Shown here in pieces: positions 1-12,116 of a stretch of DNA of 64,000 nucleotides. A program made the translations under genes and the position numbers. The notes below the pieces were generated by a model. That model worked only from the letters and a program-made list of their open reading frames with translations, was not told the origin of the DNA and made no database searches. Position 1 is the stretch's first letter; the number at the start of each line of letters is the position of its first letter. The stretch is taken from the NCBI RefSeq assembly GCF_963921235.1, contig NC_086097.1, forward strand, positions 32,862,001 through 32,926,000, read 5' to 3'. This DNA is from Mobula hypostoma. Lineage: Eukaryota.

Positions 1-106
1 TTCCAACAACATTGTAAATTCATCTTTCCTGTAGGTAGGATATCGATATCTTGATATGGAACGATCCATGTGGAAGGCAGGCAAACAAAAGCCCTGCACT
101 GTGCTC

Positions 107-655
107 AAGAACACAAGAACAGGAGTTGGCCATCTGATCCCTTGAGACTGCTCTATCATTCAATCATATCATGGCTGATCTAGTTGTGGACTCAGCTCCA
201 CTTACCCGCTTTTTCCTCATAACTCTGAATTCCTCTGCTGTGCAAAAATCTACGTATTAAATATATTTCACGAGGTTGTCTCTACTGCTTCCCTGGGCAG
301 AGAATTCCACAGATTCCTTACTCTGAGGAAAGCAATTTCTCATCTCTATCCCAAGTCTATTCCTCTTGAATCTTGAGGCTATGTCCCCTTGTTCTCATCT
401 TACTCACCAGTGGAAACAACTTTCCTGTCTCTATGTTATCTATTCCTTTCATAATTCTGTACGTTTTTGTAAAATCCCCTCACATTCTTCTGATCTCCAG
501 CGAGTATAGTCCCAGGTGACTCAATCTCTTCTCTTAGGCTAGCTCCCTCATCTCCGGAATCTATCTGGTGATCCTCCTCTGCCCCGACTCCGAAGCCTGT
601 ATATCCTTCAAGTGAGGAGATCAGAACTGCACACGGTACTCCAGGTGGGGCCTGT
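107..655 (-). mobile_element. CR1 LINE 3' fragment
   Basis: Degenerate CR1 RT C-terminus (PHLEYRVQF..., TRGHSLKI...) and CR1-type 3' UTR. Confidence 0.8.
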
Positions 656-999
656 ATCTGCAGATGTGTGACAACCACAAACCAATTACCAATAATTAGC
701 TGTTAAACAGCATGTGGCTCCTTAGCCCTTGACCCTGGAACCAGAGTAACTTTGCTTCTCTGGGTAACAAGGGTTGGCCGATAAACTGTGGCCGCAGCAC
801 CAGCGAACTGGAATGGGTTTATTATTGTCACACGCAGTGAAAAGCTGGCCTTACATGCTGTACACACAGATCACTTAATTGAGGCAGAACAAGGGACAAG
901 GAACAGAACACAGAATACAGTGCAGCAGCTGCAGAGAAGATGCAGCGCAGGGAAACAAAGTCCAAGATCATGGAGGCAGTTGGAAAGTCAAGCTCAGAG

Positions 1000-1212
1000 T
1001 GGCACAGTGGCACAGCAGTCAATATAACGCTTTATAACGCCAGCAACCTGGGTTTGGTTCAATTCCCGCTGCTGCCTGCAAGGAGTTTGCACATTCTCCC
1101 CGTGACCGTGTGGGTTCTGCTCCAGGTCCCTACCATGCTCTGAAGATTTACAGGTTAGGATTAGCAAGTGGTGGGTATGAAACATGGTAACCTTGCAGGC
1201 TGCCCCCAGCAC
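1000..1212 (+). mobile_element. tRNA-derived V-SINE-type element
   Basis: tRNA-like head with GGTTCAATTCCC B box followed by GGAGTTTGCACATTCTCCCCGTGACCGTGTGGGTT central domain. Confidence 0.75.
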
Positions 1213-1600
1213 ATAGAAAACCTACAGCACAATACAGGCCCTTCGGCCCACAAAGCTGTGCCGAACATGTCCTTAACTTAGAACTACCTAGGGCTTTACC
1301 CATAGCCCTCTATTTTGCTAAGCTCCATGCATCCATCCAGGAGTCTCTTAAAAGACCCCATTGTTTCCGCCTCCACCACTGCCGCCGGCAGCCCATTCCA
1401 CACACTCACCACCCTCTGCACAAAAAAATTACCCCTGACATCTCTGTACCTACTTCCAAGCACCTTAAAACTATGCCCTCTTGTGCTAGCCATTTCAGCC
1501 CTGGGGAAAAGCCTCTGACTATCCACACCATCAATGCCTCTCATTATCTTGTACACCTCCATCAGGTCACCTCTCATTATCTTGTACACCTCTCATCCTC
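1213..1600 (-). mobile_element. CR1 LINE 3' end (same family as 46117-46638 and 54200-57770)
   Basis: ORF 1296-1589 EVYKIMRGIDGVD...TRGHSFKV...FFVQRVVSVWNGLP; shared 3' UTR; small internal duplication at 1537-1592. Confidence 0.9.
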
Positions 1601-1987
1601 CGTCACTCATATCCTCGGACTATGGTCAATGTTGACACATTTTACGGTATGTTTCAATGTACATGTGACAAGTAAGGCTCATCTTTAATATCATTGTATT
1701 GCGGAACCATCCAATAGACATAACAGTGGGACAGAAGCAGTCCTTGAGCCTGCTGGTACGTGCTTTCAGGGTTTTGGTCAATGGGAGCGGGGAAACATCC
1801 TGGGAGGGTGGGGTCTTTGACTGTGCTGGTTGCTCTACTGAGCCAGTGAAAAGTTTAGACAGAGTCCACGGTGGTGAGACTGTTTTTGGTGATAGGCTGA
1901 GATGTGACCACAGCTCACTGTGGTCTCTGGTGCAGAGTGGTGGAGGGAGCATAGAGGCTTGTTCTGGCCTTGCTGGTGCAACACACG

Positions 1988-2212
1988 GTGGGTGTGATGC
2001 TCTAGGTCGACGGGGAGGGGAGGGGCCCGCCCCAGCCTTGCCTTCAGCCGCATGTCGTGGGTGTGACGCTCTAGATCGATGGGGTGGGGAGGGGCCCGCC
2101 CCAGCCTTGCCTTCAGCCGCATGTCGTGGGTGTGATGCTCTAGGTCGACGGGGAGGGGAGGGGCCCGCCCCAGCCTTGCCTTCAGCCGCATGTCGCGGGT
2201 GTGACGCTCCAG
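1988..2212. repeat. 69-bp tandem repeat (~3.3 copies) spanning the VASH1 exon 5 / intron 5 junction
   Basis: Units start at 1988, 2057, 2126, 2195; minus-strand translation repeats LE(H/R)HTHDMRLKARLGRAPP(L/H)P(V/I)D. Confidence 0.97.
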
Positions 2213-2561
2213 CTCCCTGCGTAGCTGCTCACGGCTCAGTTTCTCCACATCGATCACGGAGTGCTGCCACTCTATCTGCTCCACGCTGTGTGGGTCGTGG
2301 GACACGTACTGCCCAATCTTCACTTTCTTCAGCGTGTGCCAGCACCTTCTGTAGGACTCCTCGAACTCCAGCACCAGGTCGAGCAAGGTCCGGCTCACAG
2401 GAGGCTTGAACATGAGCTCCTCACGCCGGCTCATGCCCAGCGTGCCGAAGCGGCCGGCATAGTGGATCCCCAGCACTATGTGACGGAAGTAATTCCCTGA
2501 GAACTGCGTTTTGAAACTGATGGGGAACCTCTCTACGTCCGGCATACTGTTGGTGAGGTAA
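2180..2561 (-). CDS. VASH1: Vasohibin-1 coding exon 5 (382 nt; conserved catalytic His and Ser motifs)
   Basis: YLTNSMPDVERFPISFKTQFSGNYFRHIVLG...LGMSRR...CWHTLKKVKIGQYVSHDPHSVEQIEW...RDMRLK. CWH and VSHDPHSVEQIEW are VASH1-type rather than VASH2-type. Ends at a GC donor AAG|GCAAGG; downstream exons not found in the window. Confidence 0.93.
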
Positions 2562-4083
2562 CTGATTGCAGTTATGAAGGAAAAAAACACATGCTGTTTA
2601 CAGAGATAACTGGAGGCACACAAGTTTGAATCTGCCAAATTCTGGGGCACAGTAGCTTAGCAGTTAACACAACATAGAAAATAGGGTAGCACAGCAAAAG
2701 CCTTCCTGCCTACGAAGTTGTGCAGACTTTTTAAAGCCTACTGCAAGATCAATCAAATTTTTCTCCCTATTTTTCTTTCATCCATGTCTAAGAGTCTCTT
2801 AAATGTCCCTAATATACCTTCCTCTACCACCACCCCGGTAGTGCGTTCCACGCATGCACCATTTAGTGTTTAAAAAAAAACTCTACCTTTGACTTCCTCC
2901 CTATACAGTATTTTCCTCCAATCAGCTTAAAATGATGTCCCCTTGTAATACTAGTATAGCACCAGTGCTGCTGCTGAAAGGAGTTTGTTAATTTCTTCCC
3001 ATATTCCAAAGACATGTGTGTTATAATTAGCAACACACACAAAATGCTGGAAAAACTCAGCAGGCCAGGGTTAGAATTAGCAAGTTGTGGGCATGGTATA
3101 TGTTGGAGCCAGAAGCGTGGTGACACTTGTTGGCTGCCCTCCGCACATCCTCGGACAGCGTTGGTCATTGACGCAAATGATGCATTTCACTGTATGTTTC
3201 GATGTACGTGGGACAAATAAAGGAAATAAAAGACAAGGCTGTTGGAACTGAATGGGCCAGGCAGCATCTGTGGAGGGAAGCGGATAGCCAAGTGACCTAG
3301 ATGGAGGGGCCTGACCCAAAATGGACTGCCCACCTCTCTCCACAGGCTCCGCCTGACCTGCTGAGTTCCTCCCGCAGTGTGTGGTCAACTCCAGACTTAG
3401 TCAGTTACTGAACTGAGGAGAAACACTCAAAGTGCTGAAGGATCTCAGCAGATCAGGAAGCATCTATGAAAGGGAATGAACAGTCACCATTTTGGGTTGA
3501 GACCCGTCATCAGGATTGGCAAAAGGAGAGACAGTTGGCATGCTATGGTGGGAGGAGGGGATGGAGCAAGAGCTGATGGGTAGATACAGGTGAGCAGGGA
3601 GGGGTAAAGTGAGAATAATGTCAGAAGCTGGGAGGTGATAGGTTGAAGTGACAAAGGGCTGAAGAAGATGGAATCTGATAGGAGCAGACAGTGGACCATA
3701 GAATAAAGGGGAACTGGAGGGAGGAATGTGGGGGAGATGGGGCAGATGGAAATGGTGGGAGAGTGGAAGAGAAGGAGTTATGGGGTCAGAGGGATAAGGA
3801 AAAAAGGTGGTGGTGGTGGGGGGGGGGGGGGAGGAAACAACGAGTACCAGAAGTTGGAGAAATTGAAGTTCACAGGTTGGAGACTATCACATACCAAATG
3901 TTGTTCCTCTAATCTACTGAATGGAGGAGTGGGCTGGAGAGCAGAATGTCCTTTCCCTGCACCCCATTGAAAACACAAACACGGGATCCTTCTGCCGGTG
4001 GGGGGTGAAGAAGAGGGTGTGGATAGCGAGGTCCGGTGTTCACCAGCCTGTTCCCAACTTTCTCCATAGAAGGAAAAGGATAC
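2562..4083 (-). other. U12-type GT-AG intron 4 of VASH1
   Basis: 5' site GTATCCTTT (4075-4083); branch-like TTCCTTCAT (2574-2582) followed by 12 nt ending in CAG. Confidence 0.88.
3419..3915 (-). mobile_element. Penelope-like element 3' remnant (GIY-YIG tail plus pseudo-LTR)
   Basis: RLEEQHLV...SLQP...FSNF in ORF 3778-4176; degenerate hammerhead CTGATGACGGGTCTCAACCCAAAATG. Confidence 0.75.
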
Positions 4084-4158
4084 ATCCCGAGTATCACAGC
4101 TTCCAAGCACTTTATTGGCAGAGATTCTCGAATCATTTCCCGTGCAAGATCCATTAGG
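4084..4158 (-). CDS. VASH1: Vasohibin-1 coding exon 4 (75 nt; catalytic Cys)
   Basis: TGCAG|C then LMDLAREMIRESLPIKCLEAVILG; donor AT|GTATCCTTT (U12-type). Confidence 0.95.
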
Positions 4159-5119
4159 CTGCAAGACAAGAAACAACTAAGACACAAAAGCTTTAGAATG
4201 TACTGAGGAGAATGGAGGGCTAAGAGACTGGGCAGAATAATAGTTTAGCATGGTATTAATGGGCCAAAGGGCCTATTTCTGTGCTGTAGTATTCTATGAC
4301 TATGACTTTACTATCTCTAACCATCAGGCTCCTGAACCAACATAATTTTACTCATCTCAACACTGAACTGACACCACAACCCATCGACTCACATTCAACG
4401 ACTCCACAAGTCGTTATCAGTATTATTTATAGTTTTTCATAAATTCTATTGCATTTTTGTTTCTTTAAATGCCCACAAGAAAATGAATCTCAAGATAGCA
4501 TATGGAGACATACACATTCTTTGATAATAAATTTCTTTTGAACTTTTGTTTGGGTCTGTTATAGGATGACCCCTTCTGTCACCTTGGCTGTGACACTTCG
4601 ATCTTTATGCTACCTTGTGAGAGCAGATGACTGCCACACCATTCTCCCTCCCCCAACCAGGGAATTGGTTTAGGAGACCGGGTTATTCGTTATGGCAGCA
4701 GGAAGCCAACAGGTGACGGAGTACATGCCTACTTTGCTGGTAAAGCAAACTGTTCAGTCCCACCATGCTGCACATTCCCTGTGCCCACACAAATAAATTT
4801 TCCTCATGCGCGTCCAGTCCCTATTCAAAGGCCCTGATGGCAGTTTCCAATGTTCTTACAGGAAGCACCTTCCAGACTGGACCACTCTGCAAAGAACTTT
4901 TCTCTTAATTCAAATCCCAAAGCATCTGATGGAAATCACATGTGATGTTTGCAGAAATCCAACATACAGGAATTCCTTTATCAACTGCATGGACTCTGTC
5001 TTCCTGACTTCAACTCTATTATAATAACTTTACTTACAGGTTTAGTAAATACAGAATATCAAACAGTACAGCAATGAACAGGCCATTTGGCTCAATGTTG
5101 TGCTAATCGTGATGCTAAT

Positions 5120-5599
5120 GTGATGGAGACAGACGTGAGAAGGCACAGAGGAACATCTGGAGAAATTTCTGAAATACCCAGTTCGCTGCCGCTGCTACTG
5201 TGCGAACGAGAATCTCCGGAGAGAAGGCCCCAAAATCCCCAGCTTTGCCTGTTGCTGGCGACCGAGGCTGGGGTCGAAGCGTTCGGCAGAGATGATGCTT
5301 GCTACTTGATGTCGGAGGGCTGATCGGAGCTCGAAGTTTTCGGACGACTCAGAGTTGGCCTGTGGTCGGGCATGGCAGGGAGAGTTTTCTTCCTTCTCCC
5401 GTCTGCGTGAGATGTGAGACTTTCGAGAGACTTTGAACTTTTTTTTTTTACTGTGCCCATGGCCTGTTCTTCATCAAGTTATGGTATTGTTGCACTGTTG
5501 TAACTATATGTTATAATTATGTGGTTTTTGTTAGTTTTTCAGTCTTGGTCTGTCCTGTGTTTCTGTGATAAAGAGGACTGCGTGTCCTCATAATCTAAT
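5120..5599 (+). mobile_element. Non-autonomous retroposon with (AATCT)n tail, 5'-truncated copy
   Basis: Clearly similar to 7235-7916; inserted into a CR1 3' end; short CTAAT duplication. Confidence 0.75.
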
Positions 5600-6429
5600 C
5601 TAGTAATACTAACTGTCCTCCTCCTGTGCATCACCCATTCCCTTATATTCATGAGTCTGTCTAAAAGCCTTCTAAACTCCACCAAACTGTCTGCTTCCAC
5701 AATGTATTCCAGGCACCTATCACTCTTTGCATAAAAAAAAAACTTGCCCCTCAAGCTTCCCCTTCTAACCTTAAAAGCATGTCTTCTGGTGTCTGACATT
5801 TCTACTCTGGGGAAAAGATTGTCTATCTAAGCCTCCTAACTTTACAAACTTCTGTCAGCTCTCCTCTTAACCTGCAACACACTAAGGAGAACTCAAGTTT
5901 GTCCAACCTTGCCTTGTAACACGTATCCACTAGTTCAGGCAACATCATGGTGAACCTCTTCTGAACCCTCTTCACATCCTTCTAGTGAAGGAGTGATCAG
6001 AAATGCACACAATACTCCAAGCCCAGTCTGATTCAAGATCCCTTAAATTCAATTAAGTCATCGAGTAAAACATCACGGATACAGGCCCTTCAGTCCAACT
6101 GGCCCATGCCAGCAATGGTACCCATCCAGCTAATCCCAATTCCCTGCATTCAGCCCATATCCCTCCATGTACCCATCCAAGACTTTCTGAAATGATGTTA
6201 TTGTACCTGTCTCAACCACTTCCTCTGGCAGCTTGTTCCATGTACTCACCACTCTGTGTGGGGAAAGAAAAACTGACTCTCAATCCCTTTGAAATCCTTC
6301 CCTTCCCACCCTAAATCTCTGCCCCCTAGTTTTGGATTCCCCTACCCTGGGGAAAAGACCGTTACCTCCACCATATCTGTGCTCCTCAGAAATTTAAACA
6401 TTTTTGCAAGGCCACCCCCTCATTCTCTT

Positions 6430-8505
6430 ATAGAATCAAAGTACAGCACAGAAATAAGTTCTTTGGCCCATCTAGTCTGTGCCAAACCATTTAAATTGCC
6501 TACTTCCATTGACCTGCACCTGGATTGTGCTCATTCCACACTAACGACCCACTGAGCAAAAAACTTTCCCCTAATCTTCCCCTTAAACATTTCACCTTTC
6601 ACTCTTAACTCATAATTCTACTTGTAGTCCCACTCAATCAGTGGAAAAAGACTGTTTGCATTTACCCTATCTATACCTCTATTCCTCAATCTCCCCTCAA
6701 TTTTCTACGTTCCAAGGAATAAAGTCCTAACCTATTCTATTGTTCTTTATAACTTAGGTCCTCCAGTCTTGTGACATACTTGTAAATTTTATCTGTACTC
6801 TTTCAACCTTATTGCCCTCTTCCCTTTAGGTAGGTGACCAAAACTGCACATGATACTCCAAATTAGGCACCACTAATATCCTGTACAACTTCAATATAAC
6901 ATTCCATCTCCTATACTCAATACTTTGATTTATAAAGGCCAATGTACCAAAAACTCTCTTTACAACAATACCTACCTGTGCCGACACTTACAATGAAGTA
7001 TGGATCTGTATTCCTAGATCCCTTTGTTCTACCACACTCCTCAGTGCCCCACCGTTCATTGTTTAAGACCTACCCTGGTTGGTCCTACTGAAGTGCAATA
7101 CCTTGCATATGTCTGCATTAAATTCCGTCTGCCATTTTTCAGCTCATTTTTCCAGCTGGTCCAGATCCCACTGCAAGCTCTGATAGTCTTCCTCACTGTC
7201 CACTACCCCCAACCTCAGTACCATCCTCAAATTTACAATTTACAAGGGGAGGGGAGGAGAAGATGGTGGCGCGACGCAGCGCTCTGAAATGATATCGTGT
7301 TTGTTAACTAGGGGCCGTGCACAATCCTGATTTGATGAAGACTGACATGAGAAGCACAGAGGAACACCTGGAGAAACTTCTGAAATGCCCGCTTCGCTGC
7401 CGCTGCTACTGTGCAATCGAGAATCTCCGGCGGGGAAGGCCCCAAATCCTCGGCTTCGCCTATTGCTGGGGCCGGGGTTGAAGCGCTCAGCAGAGATGGT
7501 GCTCAGTGCTCGGTGTCGGAGGGTCGGTTGGAGGCTCGAAGTTTTCGGACGGACTCAAGAGTCGGCTGTGGTCCGGTGCCTCCAGAGTGCTGCATTGGGA
7601 AGTTTGCAGCGCTGGAAGCTCATGGCAGGGAGAGTTTCTCCCTTCTGCCGTCTGTGTGAGATGATAGGACTTTCAAGAGACTTTGAGATTTTTTTTTTAC
7701 CGTGCCCATGGTCTGCTCTTCATCAAATTACGGTATTGCTTTGCACTGTTGTGACTATATGTTATAATTATGTGGTTTTGTCAGTTTTTTTTTAGTCTTG
7801 GTTTGTCTCGTGTTTTTGTGATATCATTCTGGAGGAACATTGTATCATTTCTTAATGCATGTATTACTAAATGACAATAAAAGAGGACTGTGTGCCCTCA
7901 TAATCTAATCTAATCTAAATTTGCTGATCCAGTTAACTACATTAACATCCAGATTGTTGATATACATTATAAGTGGACCCAACACCCATCCCTGCAGCAC
8001 TTTATTAATCATGGGCCTCCAGAGAGGCAACCACCTACTACCACTCTCTGGCTTCTCCCACAAAGCCAACATCCAATCCAATTTATTATCTCATTTTGAA
8101 AGCCAAGCGACTGAACCTTTTTTGACCAACCTCCCATGTAGGACCTTGTCAAATGTCTTGAAGTCCATGTAGACAACATCCATCGCCTTGCCTTCATCAA
8201 CTTTCCTGGTAACTCCCTCGAAAAACTAAGATTGCTTAGACACAACCTACCACGCACAAAGCCATGCTGAATATATCAAATCAGTCCATGTCTATCCAAC
8301 TATACATATCTGGTCCCTTAGAATACCTTCCAATGACTCTCCTAATCCACATGTCAGGCTCACCAGCCGATAGTTTCCTGGTTTATTTTTAAAAGCCTTT
8401 CTTACACAGAACTTCAGCTATCCTTCAATCCTCTGGTATCTCACCTGTCATTAAGGATGATTTCAATATCTCTGCTCAGGCCCCTGCAATTTCTGCACTT
8501 GCTTC
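6430..8505 (-). mobile_element. CR1 LINE RT region and 3' end, interrupted by 7235-7916
   Basis: RT motifs (QHGFVRGRLCLSNL, VDVVYMDF, QGWVLGPL) and CR1 C-terminal motifs, with frameshifts. Confidence 0.85.
7235..7916 (+). mobile_element. Non-autonomous retroposon with (AATCT)n tail, longer copy
   Basis: AAATTT TSD (7229-7234 / 7917-7922); begins near AAGATGGTGGCG; AATAAA then (AATCT)3 tail; no RT-like ORF. Confidence 0.8.
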
Positions 8506-9558
8506 CTACAAGGAATAGAGGCCTCGCCTGGCCAACCTCTCCCTGAAACTCAGACCCTCTATTCCTGGCAGCATCCTAAAATGTTTTCTGCATGTTTCCA
8601 GTTTAACATCTTTCCTGTAACAGGGTGACCAGAACTGTACATAGGACTCCAAGCACAACCTCAATGACTTGTACAACTGCAACATAATATCCCAATTCTG
8701 TAAGGTGGACCGTTGAGTCCAAACACATTCTGCCTTTGACACTACAGCAGGAATAATTTCCGTGTCCCATCATAGCCTTAACTCCCAAACCAGAGGCTCT
8801 GAGATGTTCTTCCTATGCCCTTTCACTTTACTCAAACACTTTCATAGCAACTGCCCATGACGAATCTGTTGGACTAGAGCATCCCTAGCAATATATGGGC
8901 ATCTAAATTTCTGGCGCAGTCATCTATGGTAGAAAGGAATTCTCACTTGGAAGTAACCTGGGATGCTTCTCTCGCAAGTTTGACTAGCTTGGGACACGAG
9001 GTTGTGTCATCAGCTCACAGTTATGTTAACGCAAGACAGGACATCATTCCTGAAATCAGTTTTTGCCCCCTTTGTGTTAAGCAGAATAAAAGGCAACAAT
9101 TACCCAGATCTTGGGACAGACTTTGACTTTGATACCAGTCACCCTAATTGTGATTCTTTTGAGAGTTTATATTATTGTCTATTTAACAACGGGTTTATTT
9201 TAATTGAGGTGCGTCTTTCCTTGAGCAGTGTTTGGAAGACCCAAACGCGGCTGGAAAAATAGCTGCAGCTGAGGATTTTGAGTTTGAGATGCAGTGACAC
9301 AAAATATAAAATAGTATACTTATACTAGCTTTATAGTTCTCCATTTAGAACAAACAGAACATTACAGCACAGCACAGGCCCTTGTGGGAAATGCTTGCCA
9401 TATGAAGGAGGCCAAACTGTGCATGGCAAAGGAAAAGGACCACACGACTGGCTCATATGGGTTAATAACAAAGGTGGCAGAAACTGGTTCTTTGAATCAA
9501 CACAATATTGCCCAAGTGGGTGTGCATTGATGAACATGAACAGATCAGTGCTACTTAC

Positions 9559-9615
9559 CCAGTTAGAGGTCGATTCTTCTTAATCTCAAAGAACTGGGTC
9601 CCAGTGTGATTGTAC
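9559..9615 (-). CDS. VASH1: Vasohibin-1 coding exon 3 (57 nt; absent from the ORF track)
   Basis: Read manually: TCCAG|G TAC AAT CAC ACT GGG ACC CAG TTC TTT GAG ATT AAG AAG AAT CGA CCT CTA ACT GG|GTAAGT = YNHTGTQFFEIKKNRPLTG; phases join exons 2 and 4. Confidence 0.95.
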
Positions 9616-11639
9616 CTGGAGTGCACAGTTAAGCAATGTACTTCAACGTGCCTGAGGCAGAATCACTTTAGTGTAGAGACACTGCAGCGTACTTGGTCCA
9701 ACTGCTCCCAACTTTGGGAAAGATGTGCATATGAATATTCTTCAATAACTCAGTAGTACTAGATGTACAGACTCGGGACCTGAAACCTCATTTAACCCCA
9801 AAGACACCTGTCCCAATCTAAGCCACGAAGTTTATACTGAGCCCTGACATGAGGTACCTGTTTGCAAAGAAGCTGATGCAATCCACAGCATAAGTCTTGC
9901 TTTAACTGCAGTTGCACTTGGGTAATACAAGGGGGCATAACTTTAAGGTGATTGGAGGAAAGTATGGGGGTATGTCAGTCAGCTGTATATTCCCCCCGCA
10001 CACCAGAGTCGTGGATGTGTGGAACACACTACAGGGTGGTGGTGGAGGCAGATACATTGAGGGCATTTAAGGGACTCTTAGTTAGCACATGGATGAAAGA
10101 AAAAATATTGGACTATGTTGAGGAAAGTATTAGATTATGTTTAAAGGTCAGCAAAACACCATGGCCAAAGCACCTGTGTTGTGCTGCTCCATTTTCAATG
10201 TATTGTCACACAATGTCGAGTAAGACGTTGAGGTGTTCTAACCACTTAACAGGCCGCTTTTGGTGGAATTGGAGCCTGCAGGTGAATGGCCTTTCAACTA
10301 ACTACAAAGGGAAACCGCACAAGTCCCACTTGATATTCCATTAGAGTGTTCATGGAACTGAGTGTGCCTGTGTCTACAGGTAGTACAAAGGATAACTCCA
10401 ATTCCCTCGTCCATCAGGAAAGACTGAACTGCAGCCTGGTGACATCACATCAGGGACAATGTTTGGGAGTGGAGCAGGGTTGTGGGAAAGAGATGGAGAT
10501 GCCTTCATTTCCTCTCTGTTTGCCCTTCAATTTAAACAAAATCTTTTCATCTCTGGGAATCAGGGAGAAGCAAGACTTGTGCAAGTCAAGGCACACTAAT
10601 TTCCATCTTTGCATATGAATAGAACTAACACTGACTATGCTCACACAAGAGTTCAGTGCATTTTGCCAAATGCAGAAAAAAAACAGCTGACAAACCAAGA
10701 AAAGCAATGCAGTCCCCAAAGCTTTACCTCGAAATTAATGGAGGTTTAAGAATCAGTTAGTTTTTTCTATTAATAGGAGAGTTAACGGAACATTATTGCT
10801 GCTTGATGCCATGTTCTTCCAGCACTCTGGATTTCAATCATCTGCAGAATATCCTGTCTTTAGAACATTATTGTACATTGCTCAGGGAATTGAATACAAA
10901 AGTAGAGAGATTACATTTGTTATTCAGGCATTGCATTTAGTAAGTCAAATAAGAGAAGAACATATGCAGTAAATGATGAGGCTCCAAGGAGTGTTGATGA
11001 GCAGGAAGTATACCAAATCATTCGGAATACAGTATTGATAATATGAATGGTAACTGTTTCCCCCAACTTAGCGGAAGATAAAGCTAGGGCAGATTCTGAT
11101 TTATCTGTCGCATGTACATACATCAAAACATCTCAGGTTAAGAGGGGAAAGCTTTAAAGGGAACTTTAGGAGTGTTTCCACGCCCCCACATGGAGGGTGT
11201 TGGATATGTGGAATAAGCCGCTAGCGGAAGATGCAGAAGTAGGTACAATTGCAATGGTGCAAGGACTCACGATGGTAAAGTGCAGAGTGAGTTTCCTGCA
11301 CTGGAAAAATAAAGGACCAAGGTCGCTGTCTAAAAATGGTCACCTGTGGGAGGATTGTTTTTCTGCAAGGGTGGTGAGTCTTTGCAAAGAGACAAGACAC
11401 AGGATTAGGATGAGAGGAGGAACCCAAGGGGCAAGCTTTTCACCCAGGGTGTGGTCAGTCTGTGGAATGAGCTGCCAGAGAAGTGACTGAGGCCGGTATA
11501 TTAAAGACTTCTTTTAAAAGACCCTTGGATAGGATAGTTTTAGACAGATGTGGGCCAAATGCATGCAAACAGACAGGCTCAGATGGACAAGTTGGGGTGA
11601 AGGGCCCTTTTTCCGCCATGCTGTGCAAATAACTCTCAG

Positions 11640-11940
11640 CGCAGCAAGGTAGCGTAGCAACATTTACAGCACCAGCAATTTGGGGTTCAATTCCAGCCAC
11701 TGTCTGTAAGTAGTTTTTACATTCTCCTTGTGACCACGTGGTTGTGACCACGTGGATTTCCTTCGGGCGCTCTGGTTTCCTCCCACTTTGCAAAGGCACG
11801 TGGGTCAGGGTCAGTAAGCTGTGGGCATGTTGGCACCAGAAGTGAGACTTGCAGGCTGACCCCAGCACATCCTCGGACTGTGTTGGTCTTTGATACAAAT
11901 TTTCACTGTACATTTCAACGTGCGTGTGACAAATAAAGCT
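11640..11940 (+). mobile_element. V-SINE-type tRNA SINE
   Basis: GGTAGCGTAGC A box, GGGTTCAATTCC B box, GGTTTCCTCCCAC central domain, tail ending GTGACAAATAAAG. Confidence 0.8.
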
Positions 11941-12116
11941 AATTTTTAAACAAATTTGCTTCTCAGAGCAGAAAGAGAGGCTCTGAATTTGTCTTAAAGC
12001 CGGAGGGATTGTTGAGAAGCAAGAAAGCACAAGATTTCCATTGGCAGATGGGAGCGGTGAGTTGAGGTTACTCTCGTATCAGCCATGATGGTATGGACAT
12101 GCCTCACAGTGGCTCA

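Noticed and set aside
1000..1075. tRNA genes (this and similar A/B-box loci)
   Set aside because: Each is followed by the SINE central domain and tail and does not give a clean cloverleaf; they are SINE heads.
1..1987. VASH1 exon 6 within the window
   Set aside because: The region is mostly CR1/SINE/Rex-like sequence, and the acceptor-like CTACAG near 29-34 leads to a stop within three codons in the required phase.
1699..2409. 236-aa plus-strand ORF with repeated GCDALGRRGGEGPAPALPSAACR
   Set aside because: Antisense shadow of GC-rich VASH1 exon 5 plus the 69-bp repeat; TTG start, no recognisable domain.
3691..4176. Poly-Gly / poly-Pro / poly-Trp ORFs
   Set aside because: Produced by a (GGT)n plus G homopolymer inside a decayed Penelope remnant.
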